From an uncultured virus (IMG/VR IMGVR_UViG_2061766007_000234) (taxonomy: Duplodnaviria > Heunggongvirae > Uroviricota > Caudoviricetes), in the IMG/VR virus record IMGVR_UViG_2061766007_000234: 64,000 bases of DNA. One strand, 5' to 3'. Positions 1 through 8,691 of this stretch are shown here, piece by piece. Position 1 is the first letter of the stretch. Each line of letters starts with the position of its first letter. Both the position numbers and the translations under genes were made by a program. The notes under the pieces are model-generated. The model ran no database searches and was not told where the DNA came from. It saw only the letters and a program-made list of their open reading frames with translations.

Positions 1-1
1 T

Positions 2-151
2 AAGACAAGTGGTCAGACACCGACATTCTCTGACTGGTCTTATCTTAATGACCCTGCAATACCAGAGCTTCCGACAACGGACGGAACGTATGTCTTAAAA
101 TTCACGAAATCCGGCAGTACAAAGACGCTTGCTTGGGTTGCCGAATCTTAG
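2..151 (+). CDS. 3' end of a virion structural protein (partial)
   Basis: Open frame from base 2 to TAG at 149-151 ending ...PELPTTDGTYVLKFTKSGSTKTLAWVAES, a C-terminus typical of phage structural or fibre proteins. Confidence 0.6.
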   Translation, partial: KTSGQTPTFSDWSYLNDPAIPELPTTDGTYVLKFTKSGSTKTLAWVAES

Positions 152-232
152 GGGGTAACCAATGGACGCTGATATTGAGAAAAGACTGTCAGAAATGGCA
201 GTCCTAAATAGAAATAAACAGGAGGCAACACA

Positions 233-430
233 ATGTATTCAATTCTTATAAAGAACGGCGAGAAAAGCTTCATCTACTACCTTAACGCAGACGGCACAGT
301 CTTTTCGGGTGATTCCGAAGCTGCTAAGGCTAAGGTGCAGGAGCTTCTTGAGACATATCCGCTCGGAAAGATTGTTGTCGTGCATAACGTCAACATGACA
401 GCCGACTTCACTCTTGAGGACGTTGCTTAA
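233..430 (+). CDS. hypothetical protein
   Basis: AGGAGG upstream; coupled (TAATG) to next gene. Confidence 0.75.
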   Translation: MYSILIKNGEKSFIYYLNADGTVFSGDSEAAKAKVQELLETYPLGKIVVVHNVNMTADFTLEDVA

Positions 431-690
431 TGAATAACGAGGAGCTGGTAGAAAAGCGGCTGTCTGATATAGAGAGCAAAATTGACAAACTTACTGAACT
501 TATGACGCAGACACAGCTGCAAGAATACCGCTTGAGCGTATTGGAAAAGCAACAGAAGGATATGCACGTCATTTTGTCGAAGCTTGAAAGCAGGGCGGGC
601 GACACCGCCTTGAAGTGGCTCGGCATCATCGGCGGCGGCATTGTCACTATTCTGCTCGGCTTTATCGCTGTAAGGTTGGGGCTTAAATGA
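430..690 (+). CDS. holin-like protein (coiled coil plus C-terminal TM, XhlA-like)
   Basis: Coiled-coil N-terminus, single hydrophobic C-terminal helix, start of lysis cluster. Confidence 0.55.
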   Translation: MNNEELVEKRLSDIESKIDKLTELMTQTQLQEYRLSVLEKQQKDMHVILSKLESRAGDTALKWLGIIGGGIVTILLGFIAVRLGLK

Positions 691-1097
691 AATCACGCTA
701 TGAGGGCATACAGAACAAGCTTTGGGATATACGCGAGGGCTGTTTTTTCCTTTCGCTTCTTTCCATTGCAGAGGAATACAGGCTTGAGCACGGCATGATG
801 AAGGTAGACCTTATCGATGCCGTGAACATGGCTTTTGAGCAGAAGTATATCGCTTTCGATTACTTCGTCCGCTTCGATTGCGAGATTCTTTCAAAGCTTA
901 CAGGGCAGAACGTCACAAAAAGAAAGGCTAAGTCATGCGGCACGCTTAAAGAGAACGAATACTCGATAGCAAAGTATGTCAGCAAGGACGGCAAAACAAA
1001 CCACTTTAGGCGGCGTTACTTTGACGTGTACGCCAACAGCGCAACCGTAAGAGAAGGGAAGCTTGTCGAATATTACATCTACACAATCGGAGTGTGA
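687..1097 (+). CDS. DUF261-like putative cysteine peptidase, candidate endolysin
   Basis: GCFFLSL (Cys) and NHF...D (His/Asp) papain-like pattern; position between holin-like and spanin genes. Confidence 0.45.
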   Translation: MKSRYEGIQNKLWDIREGCFFLSLLSIAEEYRLEHGMMKVDLIDAVNMAFEQKYIAFDYFVRFDCEILSKLTGQNVTKRKAKSCGTLKENEYSIAKYVSKDGKTNHFRRRYFDVYANSATVREGKLVEYYIYTIGV

Positions 1098-1204
1098 GTG
1101 CGGCGGTAAAGCCGTAATTCATGCGCTCAACCGTTGGTGGTGCACAGATTGCTGGTACAGGTACTCGCTGACGGTTGACGATTCAAAGTTTTACAGAGGG
1201 GAAT

Positions 1205-1432
1205 ATGGGAGAAGAGAAAACGGAAGAAAGAATCTTCACGGCGAAGAACATAAGCAAGATTTTTAAGTTCATCGCTTCAATCGGCGTTATTATTTGCGCC
1301 TTTCTTAAATGGGCAGGCATACTGCCTAACGCCACAATCGGAGAAATTTGTGTCGCATGGTCGGTGGTCTACGGCTTGGGTGCAGGAACTATTGACGCTA
1401 ACCTTATGATTGACAAGTTCCGGGGCGAGTAA
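1205..1432 (+). CDS. holin-like membrane protein (2 TM)
   Basis: GAGGGG before ATG 1205; two hydrophobic segments. Confidence 0.55.
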   Translation: MGEEKTEERIFTAKNISKIFKFIASIGVIICAFLKWAGILPNATIGEICVAWSVVYGLGAGTIDANLMIDKFRGE

Positions 1433-1707
1433 TGACAAAAGTATTTTTAATCATAATTGCCATTCTTTTTGTTGCTGTTGTCGTGCTTTTCCTTATGTGG
1501 AAGCTTTCAAAAAGTGAAAGCAAGAGGGTTAAGGACGAATTAGCGGTTACAAAGAATCAGCTTGAATCGGCTGTCAATCAGATGAAGAAGTTCGGGGAAA
1601 CACTCGAAATCGTAAACCATAACAGGAAGGAATCAGATGAAAAGATTGATGCTCTGCATACTGGCGATTCTGTTGCCAATGCTCTTGACGAGCTGTCTAA
1701 GCACTAG
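1432..1707 (+). CDS. inner-membrane spanin (Rz-like)
   Basis: N-terminal TM followed by coiled coil; overlaps a lipoprotein gene in another frame. Confidence 0.65.
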   Translation: MTKVFLIIIAILFVAVVVLFLMWKLSKSESKRVKDELAVTKNQLESAVNQMKKFGETLEIVNHNRKESDEKIDALHTGDSVANALDELSKH

Positions 1708-1903
1708 TTACATCGAAAAGCCTTATGTGCCGCCGCTCAACTTTCCGACTTTTCCTGTTCTGGAAGAGTACGAAAGAACCCCGAACGGCAGGGTAAACGT
1801 GTCTGACGAATGGATTAAGGATATAGCGGAATATAAAATCCGCATTGAGGAAACGGAAAAAACGTACAACGATATAAAGGCGTTGTACGGGGAGGATAAA
1901 TGA
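1637..1903 (+). CDS. outer-membrane spanin lipoprotein (Rz1-like)
   Basis: Signal peptide with lipobox LLTSC, Pro-rich segment, 71-nt overlap with Rz-like gene. Confidence 0.65.
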   Translation: MKRLMLCILAILLPMLLTSCLSTSYIEKPYVPPLNFPTFPVLEEYERTPNGRVNVSDEWIKDIAEYKIRIEETEKTYNDIKALYGEDK

Positions 1904-2232
1904 ACAAGACATTTGCAATTATCGGTTCAATTCTGTTTATTGCCGCCGTTGCGGTCGGCTATTTTGCAGGATTTGAAAACGCCTTTGCTGTAGAAATCGC
2001 TCTCGGAGCTTTCGGCTTCGCCGCTCTCGTAACTGGTGCAGTCAAGACAGCAAAGGAAAAGGACATCGCCACTTGGAAAACCGTTGTAATCATCATCGGT
2101 GCAACGGCAGGCGGCATTTTGTGCTATGTCGGCGGTCTTGCTGACAGCATTTTTCAGCAGATTTCGGGCTTGGTAGTCGCGCTTCTTGCGGTTATCGGCG
2201 GTCTGCTCTTTTCAGCTAAAAAGGCTGACTAA
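1900..2232 (+). CDS. 4-TM membrane protein
   Basis: Four hydrophobic helices; GGAGG upstream; ATGA coupling. Confidence 0.7.
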   Translation: MNKTFAIIGSILFIAAVAVGYFAGFENAFAVEIALGAFGFAALVTGAVKTAKEKDIATWKTVVIIIGATAGGILCYVGGLADSIFQQISGLVVALLAVIGGLLFSAKKAD

Positions 2233-2240
2233 AACTGAAT

Positions 2241-2315
2241 ATCATACCGCTTTGCGGACATGATTGACCCCTTGGGGCTTGCGGCACTTTTCTCCTTTTT
2301 GCTGTCGTAAGCCCT
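2241..2315 (+). other. two intergenic hairpins, the second with a CU-rich anti-SD loop
   Basis: ATCAT-A-CCGC/GCGG-AC-ATGAT and 13-bp GGGGCTTGCGGCA/TGTCGTAAGCCCT enclosing TTTTCTCCTTTTT. Confidence 0.5.
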
Positions 2316-2330
2316 TCTTGTTGAAGAAAT

Positions 2331-2657
2331 ATGAATAAATACCGTAACGTAAAGACAACTATAGGCAACCATACATTCGATTCAAAGAAAGAAGCTTGCA
2401 GGTTCGTTGAATTGCAGGCACTTGAAAACGCAGGGCTTATACAAGACCTTGCCTTGCAGGTTAAGTTTGAGGTATGCCCGAAAAAAGGCAGGAACACAAG
2501 GGCAAGGCATTATGTCGCCGATTTTGTCTACACGGAAAACGGAAAGAAGATTATTGAGGACGTTAAAAGCCCTATAACCAGAACTAACGCAGTCTATTCG
2601 CTCAAGAAAGCCCTTGTTCTTGCGAATTATCCAGAATATGAGTTCAGAGAATCATGA
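2331..2657 (+). CDS. DUF1064 family PD-(D/E)XK nuclease
   Basis: NKY.N.K...FDSKKEA, YVADFVY and IIEDVKS motifs. Confidence 0.85.
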   Translation: MNKYRNVKTTIGNHTFDSKKEACRFVELQALENAGLIQDLALQVKFEVCPKKGRNTRARHYVADFVYTENGKKIIEDVKSPITRTNAVYSLKKALVLANYPEYEFRES

Positions 2658-3766
2658 GCATAGAATACACACGCAACGCAGACAGATATTTCTCACACAG
2701 ATTCAGAAATACTGAAGACTACTGGAAAGAGAGGGCGGAAAAAGCCGTAGCTCTTACGGAAAAGACTTCGGACGAAATGCTCCGCGACATGAAAGAGGTC
2801 TACCAGAAATCAATAAAGGAACTGAACAGGGAAATTGAAGCTTTCTACGGACGCTACGCCATTGAAAACGGCTTGACGCTAGAAGAAGTGCATAAAAGAC
2901 TGGACCCGAAGCAGCTGAAATCAGCTAAAGAAGAAATAAAGCGGTACTATGACTTTGCGGACCCTAAGAAGATAGGGCGCAACATGAGCAGGGAATACCG
3001 CGATGAATTAAGACGGCTTTCCGCAAGGGCTTATATGTCACGGCTTGAAGAAATCAAGATGAAGCTCAAGCATATAGTAGTCAAGCTCGGTGCTGAACAG
3101 GAACGGCGGCTAGAAAAGGCTCTGAAAAAGACATACGCCGATACCCATGCAAGGACGGCTTTTACTATAGATAAGGGCTTGGGCTTTTCGGGCGGTTATA
3201 CCGCGCCGTCAGAAGACGCTCTGACAAAAGCCGTGAAAGAAAAATGGCTCGAATCAAACTACTCGGAGCGTATTTGGAAAGACAAGGGGCTTCTGCTTAC
3301 AGCCATTGACAGCGAGCTTCTAAGCGGAATCGCGCAAGGGCACAACCCTAGAAAAATCGCCGAAGCAATGTCTGAACGTTTCGGGCTTAACTATAACAAC
3401 TGCGAGCGCCTTGCAAGAACGGAAATGCTTCACGCCATGAATTCAGCAACATACAGCTCATACAAAGAGCACGGCGTTGAGAAATACCAGTTTGTCTGCG
3501 GTCTTGACGAAAGGACTTGCCCAGAATGCGGCGCTCTTGACGGTCAGACATTCGAGATGAAATACGCCGTTGAGGGCGTGAACTATCCTGTGATTCATCC
3601 TCGCTGTCGCTGTTCGGTTACCCCTGTATTCGAGGACGAAATCTCGGAATTGTTCAATGATGACGAGAATACGCGCCTTGCCTATGACGAAGGGCGCAAT
3701 CATTACGATGTTCCTGCAAGCATGACATATAAACAGTGGCGCGAAACTGTGGAGAAAAAAGACTAA
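2654..3766 (+). CDS. minor capsid protein (MuF / SPP1 gp7 family)
   Basis: YSERIW, RLARTE, DERTCPECGALDG and PVIHPRCRC motifs; MTYKQW C-terminus. Confidence 0.92.
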   Translation: MSIEYTRNADRYFSHRFRNTEDYWKERAEKAVALTEKTSDEMLRDMKEVYQKSIKELNREIEAFYGRYAIENGLTLEEVHKRLDPKQLKSAKEEIKRYYDFADPKKIGRNMSREYRDELRRLSARAYMSRLEEIKMKLKHIVVKLGAEQERRLEKALKKTYADTHARTAFTIDKGLGFSGGYTAPSEDALTKAVKEKWLESNYSERIWKDKGLLLTAIDSELLSGIAQGHNPRKIAEAMSERFGLNYNNCERLARTEMLHAMNSATYSSYKEHGVEKYQFVCGLDERTCPECGALDGQTFEMKYAVEGVNYPVIHPRCRCSVTPVFEDEISELFNDDENTRLAYDEGRNHYDVPASMTYKQWRETVEKKD

Positions 3767-3999
3767 AAAGAGAAAGGCTTGCCTGTTTTCTTGTCGACAA
3801 TCTGCAACTGCAATTCAGCGTCCAGAACGTCAAGAGTGCGCTTAATCTCCGAAAGCTTCCAGTCGGTTTTTGTCATTTTGTTGTAAAGGTTCTGCCCTGT
3901 CTGGTTAGACAAATTGGCAAGCTTTTTCAGCTCCATGTTTCTTTTAACGCAAAGAAGCCGGATTTTCTCCGGCATATTGAATGTTTCTATAGTATCCAT
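3763..3999 (-). CDS. small XRE-type HTH regulator
   Basis: LANLSNQTGQNLYNKM HTH pattern; GAGG upstream on minus strand. Confidence 0.7.
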   Translation of the reverse strand: MDTIETFNMPEKIRLLCVKRNMELKKLANLSNQTGQNLYNKMTKTDWKLSEIKRTLDVLDAELQLQIVDKKTGKPFSF

Positions 4000-4162
4000 G
4001 ATTAAACCTCTTAATATTATATTACACTATTAAATGTATTAAGTCAATATAAAAAATTATTAAAACAATAAAACTAATATAATAAATAATAAAAAAGTTT
4101 ATTAANNNNNNNNNNTATAATGTATTATAATAATATAAGTGAGAGAGAAAAGGGGTTTAGAT

Positions 4163-4339
4163 ATGAAAATTGATAAGTTTTGCCTTTTGGGAATGAGCAA
4201 TGAAGAGAGGGTTAAGCTCTTTGAGTTTGTCCTTGATTTTGAGAAAAATCACAATGCAGGTGTTTGTGCCTGTACATTCCATGTTGGGAATTATTGCTTT
4301 AGGTGTGATTTAGATAAACAGCTGGTTACAAGGATGTAA
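4163..4339 (+). CDS. hypothetical protein, AT-rich accessory cassette
   Basis: AGGGG before ATG 4163, downstream of TATAAT boxes. Confidence 0.6.
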   Translation: MKIDKFCLLGMSNEERVKLFEFVLDFEKNHNAGVCACTFHVGNYCFRCDLDKQLVTRM

Positions 4340-4364
4340 AGCAAAACACACAAGGGGGCTTGAA

Positions 4365-4706
4365 ATGAAATATACACAGTTTCAAAAAGACAATACTAAG
4401 GCAATCTGGCAGGATTCAATAAGATATGCCAAAAGAATGGCTGACAAAGCTATTGAAGGCATAGAAGACAATGGCTCATGCAACTTTGATGAAACAATGG
4501 TAAAAGTAGAAAAAATCTTTTCTGCTGATGAAACCATTGCAATTTTCAAAGATTGTGGTGTGGAAGCAGCAAAACATGAAAAAGGCTGGCTTCTTGTTGG
4601 TGGTTCACATGGGCAGGCATGGAGAAATACAGCATGGCATAGAAAATTTGCTGAAATACTTGAAGATGAATGTTTTGAAACTTCAATCTATTATCAGTGT
4701 GACTGA
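4365..4706 (+). CDS. hypothetical protein
   Basis: AGGGGG upstream; 113-aa ORF in co-oriented cassette. Confidence 0.7.
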   Translation: MKYTQFQKDNTKAIWQDSIRYAKRMADKAIEGIEDNGSCNFDETMVKVEKIFSADETIAIFKDCGVEAAKHEKGWLLVGGSHGQAWRNTAWHRKFAEILEDECFETSIYYQCD

Positions 4707-4742
4707 TAAAAGCAAGGAATGGCAATACATGGAGGAATAAAA

Positions 4743-4961
4743 ATGCAGAAAATTGAAAACTTCAAAAATACTTTCAGAAAAGAATGGTCTCTTTACAAGC
4801 ATGGAGAAAAAGACACTGTGAAACTTAAAAGAGGATTCGCAGAAATAGGACTTGTAACAGGTGCTTTCTATGCCCTTAAATCAATCCCTAAAGGATATTG
4901 CAGACTTTTTCCTATTTCTGAAAATGGAATAGAGCAACTTATTGAATTTCTTGAAAACTAG
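4743..4961 (+). CDS. hypothetical protein
   Basis: GGAGG before ATG 4743. Confidence 0.65.
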   Translation: MQKIENFKNTFRKEWSLYKHGEKDTVKLKRGFAEIGLVTGAFYALKSIPKGYCRLFPISENGIEQLIEFLEN

Positions 4962-5234
4962 GTGATGGTTAAAATGGACTTTGAAAATAGTGTTTTCAGT
5001 GGATATACAAAAAAATACACTTTACAGGCTTGTTTTAACAACCTTAGACAGTTTTCTGAAAAAGAGATAAAAAGCGAGCGTTCAGAAGCAAAAAGAACAG
5101 TCGCAAGGTATGACAGATTGAAGAAAATGAAAAGATGTAATCTTGACGAGTATTTTTACAACCTTGATAAAATACAAATTTGCGATTTTCTTCTTGAAAA
5201 CAAAATTGAGAAACAGAGAAGAATATCTGGATAA
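4962..5234 (+). CDS. hypothetical protein
   Basis: Abuts previous stop; basic 90-aa ORF. Confidence 0.6.
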   Translation: MMVKMDFENSVFSGYTKKYTLQACFNNLRQFSEKEIKSERSEAKRTVARYDRLKKMKRCNLDEYFYNLDKIQICDFLLENKIEKQRRISG

Positions 5235-5252
5235 TTTGCTCGGGCAAATTAT
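5231..5252. repeat. palindrome TAATTTGC-N4-GCAAATTA, copy 1
   Basis: ATAATTTGCTCGGGCAAATTAT is the reverse complement of the copies at 40921 and 54884. Confidence 0.85.
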
Positions 5253-5275
5253 ATAATGCGTAATTGCAAATTATA

Positions 5276-5357
5276 TTGCATTTTTCGCTTGTGTGTTTTA
5301 TAATACACCCTAGAAGCTTTAAGCTCATGTATTTTTATACATGGGCTTTTTGTTTTT
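5276..5357 (+). promoter_or_regulatory. sigma70-type promoter plus leader attenuator with late-leader motif
   Basis: TTGCAT-17-TATAAT (5276-5304); AGAAGCTTTAAGCTC at 5312-5326 overlaps 12-bp terminator stem 5321-5348 followed by a T tract. Confidence 0.75.
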
Positions 5358-5376
5358 AAAGCTAAGAGGGGATAAA

Positions 5377-5544
5377 TTGGAAAACTGGTTTAGATGCCCA
5401 AAGTGCAACAAGCCGTTGCTCAAGATTACTGAAAACAGCGTGGTCAAGAATGAGATTTACTGCCGATGCTGCAAGACTTCTTTTGACGTTGAGATTGAGG
5501 GCTTGAAAGTGATTAAGGCAGAAAAGAAGGTAAAGACGGCTTAA
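5377..5544 (+). CDS. Mu Com-like zinc-ribbon regulator
   Basis: TTG start after GAGGGG; FRCPKCNKPLLKI...EIYCRCCKT follows the Com family pattern RCxxCxxLL...IxCxxC. Confidence 0.7.
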   Translation: MENWFRCPKCNKPLLKITENSVVKNEIYCRCCKTSFDVEIEGLKVIKAEKKVKTA

Positions 5545-5648
5545 CAGTGCCTTGAACTGTTTCCTATCGGTGGGCTTACATCGAAACTCTATCGGCGGAT
5601 TTCACCGAATGTCTTTTGGGGGTACAGACTAAAAAGAAACCACAACGC

Positions 5649-5720
5649 CGCAGGTTGGGGAAGTGGTATCCCGTGAGTTTCATTCGCTCGATGTCGGCGG
5701 TTCGATTCCGTCACCTGCTA
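5649..5720 (+). tRNA. tRNA-Met(CAT)-like gene, atypical, possibly pseudo
   Basis: Cloverleaf: acceptor CGCAGGT/ACCTGCT, D arm GGGA/TCCC, anticodon arm TGAGT/GCTCG with loop TTCATTC, T arm GGCGG-TTCGATT-CCGTC. Confidence 0.7.
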
Positions 5721-5757
5721 AAGCGCGCAAGCGCATTTCCTACAAGGAGCAGACACT

Positions 5758-6438
5758 ATGGAAGATACAAATCCACAGGCAACAGCAACGCCAGCTGATA
5801 ATGGCGGTTCTACACCTGCCAACACTCCGGCAGAAAACAAACAGACAAATGGAGCGGAAAATCAGCCTTACAAGACTTTTGCGACACAGGAAGAATTCGA
5901 CAGACATTCAGCCGGAATCCTTAACAATGCGCAGAAGAAAGCCGAAAAAGAGCTTCTTTCTTTGCTCGGTCTCAAGCCCGATGAAAAGGACAAGCTTCAG
6001 AAGTTCAAGGAAGCATACGACGCAACTTTGAGCGAATCGGAAAAGAAGGCAAAAGAGCTTGAAGCACTTACCACAGAAACGGCAGGGCTTAAAGCAAGAA
6101 ACGCTGAACTTGAAGCGACAATTTCAGCTCTTACAAAGGCAACAGGCAAGAAAGCCGAGGACGTTTCAAAAATCGTCAAAATGGCAAAAGGGCTTGTTGA
6201 TGAGAATACGACAATGGAACAGGCTTTGGAACAGGTTTTTGCAATGTCAACATCAAAAGAACCCGAAACCAAGCCGACACCGAAGGGAACACCGCCTGTA
6301 GAATCTTCAAGCAAAGCCCCGGAGGAAAACCCTTTTAAGACAGGGAATCTTACGGAGCAGGGCAAGATTTACAAAGCTGACCCTGAAAAAGCTCGTGTTT
6401 TGTATAAAGAAGCCACGGGCAAAAACGCACCGTGGTAA
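5758..6438 (+). CDS. capsid scaffolding protein
   Basis: Low-complexity N-terminus, TQEEFD, coiled coil, ENPFK..NLTEQ C-terminus; directly before capsid gene. Confidence 0.85.
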   Translation: MEDTNPQATATPADNGGSTPANTPAENKQTNGAENQPYKTFATQEEFDRHSAGILNNAQKKAEKELLSLLGLKPDEKDKLQKFKEAYDATLSESEKKAKELEALTTETAGLKARNAELEATISALTKATGKKAEDVSKIVKMAKGLVDENTTMEQALEQVFAMSTSKEPETKPTPKGTPPVESSSKAPEENPFKTGNLTEQGKIYKADPEKARVLYKEATGKNAPW

Positions 6439-6453
6439 AAAATACGGCATTAT

Positions 6454-6486
6454 GAACCTTTAAGGTCTGCCAATAGAACTTGAAGG
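6454..6486 (+). promoter_or_regulatory. late-leader motif in SD-sequestering hairpin (capsid)
   Basis: GAACCTTTAAGGTCTG; CCTTTAAG pairs with CTTGAAGG covering the SD. Confidence 0.7.
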
Positions 6487-6496
6487 AGAAAGCCGA

Positions 6497-7777
6497 ATGG
6501 CAGACAAGGTAACAAAACTTACAGATGTTATCGTTCCTGAACTCTTTTCACAGTACGTTCTGGAAAAAACAAAGGAAAAATCAGAGCTTATCGCTTCTGG
6601 TGCTATCGAAAGCAATCCGCTTCTTGACCAGTTGGTAAACGGCGGCGGCAACACAATGAAAATGCCTAAGTGGAACGACCTCACAGGTGAATCACAGGTA
6701 TTCAGTGAAAGTGCCGACATCGAAACTGACAAGATTACGGCTCACAAAGAAATCGCAACACTCTTGCTCCGCGCTAGAGGTTGGTCAGCACATGACTTGT
6801 CGGCAGCTCTTGCCGGTGATGACCCGATGCAGCGCATTGCTGAACGTGTTGCAGACTGGTGGGTACGCGATGAAAAGCGTATCGTTATGTCTATTCTCAA
6901 AGGCGTTTTCGCTTCGGCAGATATGGCAGACCACGTTCTCGACATTACAGGCGGCGTAACAACCGGTATTTCTGCAAAAGCTATCCTTGACGCTAAACAG
7001 CTCATGGGCGACGCTGCGGAAGATTTGACATTGATTTATATGCACTCTGCCGTATACACAGAATTGCAGAAACAGCAGCTTATCACATTCGTACAGCCTG
7101 CTGATGCAAAAGTTAAAATGCCTACTTACCTCGGTTATAACGTAATCTGTGACGATTCTGCTCCTGTTGAAATTGGGGCAGGCGGAACAAAGGGCGTTTA
7201 TACAGTTACATTGACCGGAACAGTTACAGCTGACGATGTTATCACAGTAGCAGGTGTTGCACACACAGTTACAGCTGCTGAAGATACACTCGCTAAGATT
7301 GCAGCAGGCATTGCAGCTGACCTTAACGCAACAGTTGCCGTAACAAATGTATTTACAGTTACAGTTGCAGACGCAGTTATTACTTTCACACAGAAAGTTG
7401 CCGGAACAGGCGCACAGCCAACAGCAAGCGTTTCTGCAAGCGCAACCGAAACAGCAACAGCTGCTACTACAACAGCAGGCGTTGCAGGCGTTGACAAGTT
7501 CACAACATACTTGCTCTCACGCGGTTGTATTCAGAGAGGTTCCGGCACACCAGTCGGCTTTGTTGCAACAGAAACATTCCGCAATGCAAAGAAATCTGTT
7601 GATGAACTTTACAATAGACAGGCAAAAGTTCTTCACCCGAAGGGCATGAACTGGACTTCTGCTTCACAGGAAGATGAGACACCTTCTAACGCAGAACTTG
7701 CAACAGGTTCAAACTGGACACGTGCAGCAGCCGAATCTAAACAGGTTGGCATGATAGCACTCGTACACACTCTCTAA
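6497..7777 (+). CDS. major capsid protein with Thr/Ala-rich inserted domain
   Basis: TKLTDVIVPELF, MPKWNDL.G, MHSAVY..L.KQ and LHPKG motifs of SPP1/P22-coat-like capsids. Confidence 0.9.
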   Translation: MADKVTKLTDVIVPELFSQYVLEKTKEKSELIASGAIESNPLLDQLVNGGGNTMKMPKWNDLTGESQVFSESADIETDKITAHKEIATLLLRARGWSAHDLSAALAGDDPMQRIAERVADWWVRDEKRIVMSILKGVFASADMADHVLDITGGVTTGISAKAILDAKQLMGDAAEDLTLIYMHSAVYTELQKQQLITFVQPADAKVKMPTYLGYNVICDDSAPVEIGAGGTKGVYTVTLTGTVTADDVITVAGVAHTVTAAEDTLAKIAAGIAADLNATVAVTNVFTVTVADAVITFTQKVAGTGAQPTASVSASATETATAATTTAGVAGVDKFTTYLLSRGCIQRGSGTPVGFVATETFRNAKKSVDELYNRQAKVLHPKGMNWTSASQEDETPSNAELATGSNWTRAAAESKQVGMIALVHTL

Positions 7778-7790
7778 GGGGAAATAGCGC

Positions 7791-8030
7791 ATGGTAACGG
7801 AGTACAACCGTAACCTCATCATGCAGCGCAGACTTGCAGCGGAAAAAGCGGCACTGGAACTTGAAAAAGCCGGTGCTGTGGTTTCCGCTAATGCAAAGCC
7901 TGTTGAGGTTAAACCGGCAGAAGAAAAGCCTGTTGAAAAGGCTGAATCAGTAGCGGTAAAAGCTGAAAAAGCAGAAACCGCTAAACCAAAGAAAACTGAC
8001 GCTGAAAAGCTCAAAAAAGGCAGAAAGTAA
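7791..8030 (+). CDS. small Lys/Ala/Glu-rich head-associated protein
   Basis: AGGGG upstream; position after capsid gene. Confidence 0.65.
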   Translation: MVTEYNRNLIMQRRLAAEKAALELEKAGAVVSANAKPVEVKPAEEKPVEKAESVAVKAEKAETAKPKKTDAEKLKKGRK

Positions 8031-8414
8031 ATGTCAGACGGAAGCGAAGAAAAGACAGAGTTTGATTACCTCGCAACAGTGAAGGTACTGCTGGGCATTA
8101 CTGACACATCGAAAGATTCTATTCTTGAGGTGTACGTAGGCTTAACAAAGCAGTCCATATTGAACTACTGTAACCGTTCCGACCTTCCCGAAGCACTGAA
8201 TTATACTTTGTGCCAGATTTGCGCTGACACATACCGCGATACAACGGCAAAGGCAAGCGGAGCTGTTGTGTCCGGGGCTGTCAGCTCTATTTCAGAGGAC
8301 GGACGGACGGTTTCGTTCTCAAACAGCTTGGATTTGATTAAGACTGCCGCAGAGGACAGAATTGCACATACAACCGAGCTGAACCGATACAAAAAACTAT
8401 ACAGGTTGGACTGA
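8031..8414 (+). CDS. head-tail connector (gp6/gp15-like adaptor)
   Basis: VKVLLGI.D...D.IL, ILNYCNR.DLPEAL, VSSISEDG.TVSF, LNRYKKL. Confidence 0.88.
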   Translation: MSDGSEEKTEFDYLATVKVLLGITDTSKDSILEVYVGLTKQSILNYCNRSDLPEALNYTLCQICADTYRDTTAKASGAVVSGAVSSISEDGRTVSFSNSLDLIKTAAEDRIAHTTELNRYKKLYRLD

Positions 8415-8416
8415 AT

Positions 8417-8587
8417 ATGAGCGGAAAGTCTGCAAGGCAGATACGCAAGGAAGCAAACGCCCTGCGCACAAGCTTGACACAGAACAGGATAGAAACGGCA
8501 AGGGATTTAATTTCAGAGCTTGAAAAAGCCCCTTTCAAATACCGCTTTCTTTTTGCAATGAAACTAATCTTTCACAGGAAAAAATAA
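8417..8587 (+). CDS. hypothetical basic protein (56 aa)
   Basis: Translated by hand, MSGKSARQIRKE...LIFHRKK; fills gap in late operon. Confidence 0.55.
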   Translation: MSGKSARQIRKEANALRTSLTQNRIETARDLISELEKAPFKYRFLFAMKLIFHRKK

Positions 8588-8602
8588 ATGGGGAATTAAT
8601 AA

Positions 8603-8689
8603 AAATATTGTTGTAAGGACAAAAGCCAGCTACTTCTGATATTCCGTATATATCTAACTTACAGCAATATTTCCTTTATACGGGAGGAA
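8603..8689 (+). promoter_or_regulatory. pseudoknot-like leader hiding the SD of the HNH gene
   Basis: 15-bp stem 8603-8617/8658-8672; loop TTCCGTATA (8642-8650) pairs with TATACGGGA (8677-8685). Confidence 0.55.
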
Positions 8690-8691
8690 TT

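Noticed and set aside
5616..6031. ORF-track entries 5616..5798 and 5663..6031 and the many antisense or nested ORFs across the window
   Set aside because: They overlap the tRNA or well-supported genes, lack SD sequences and have no recognisable motifs
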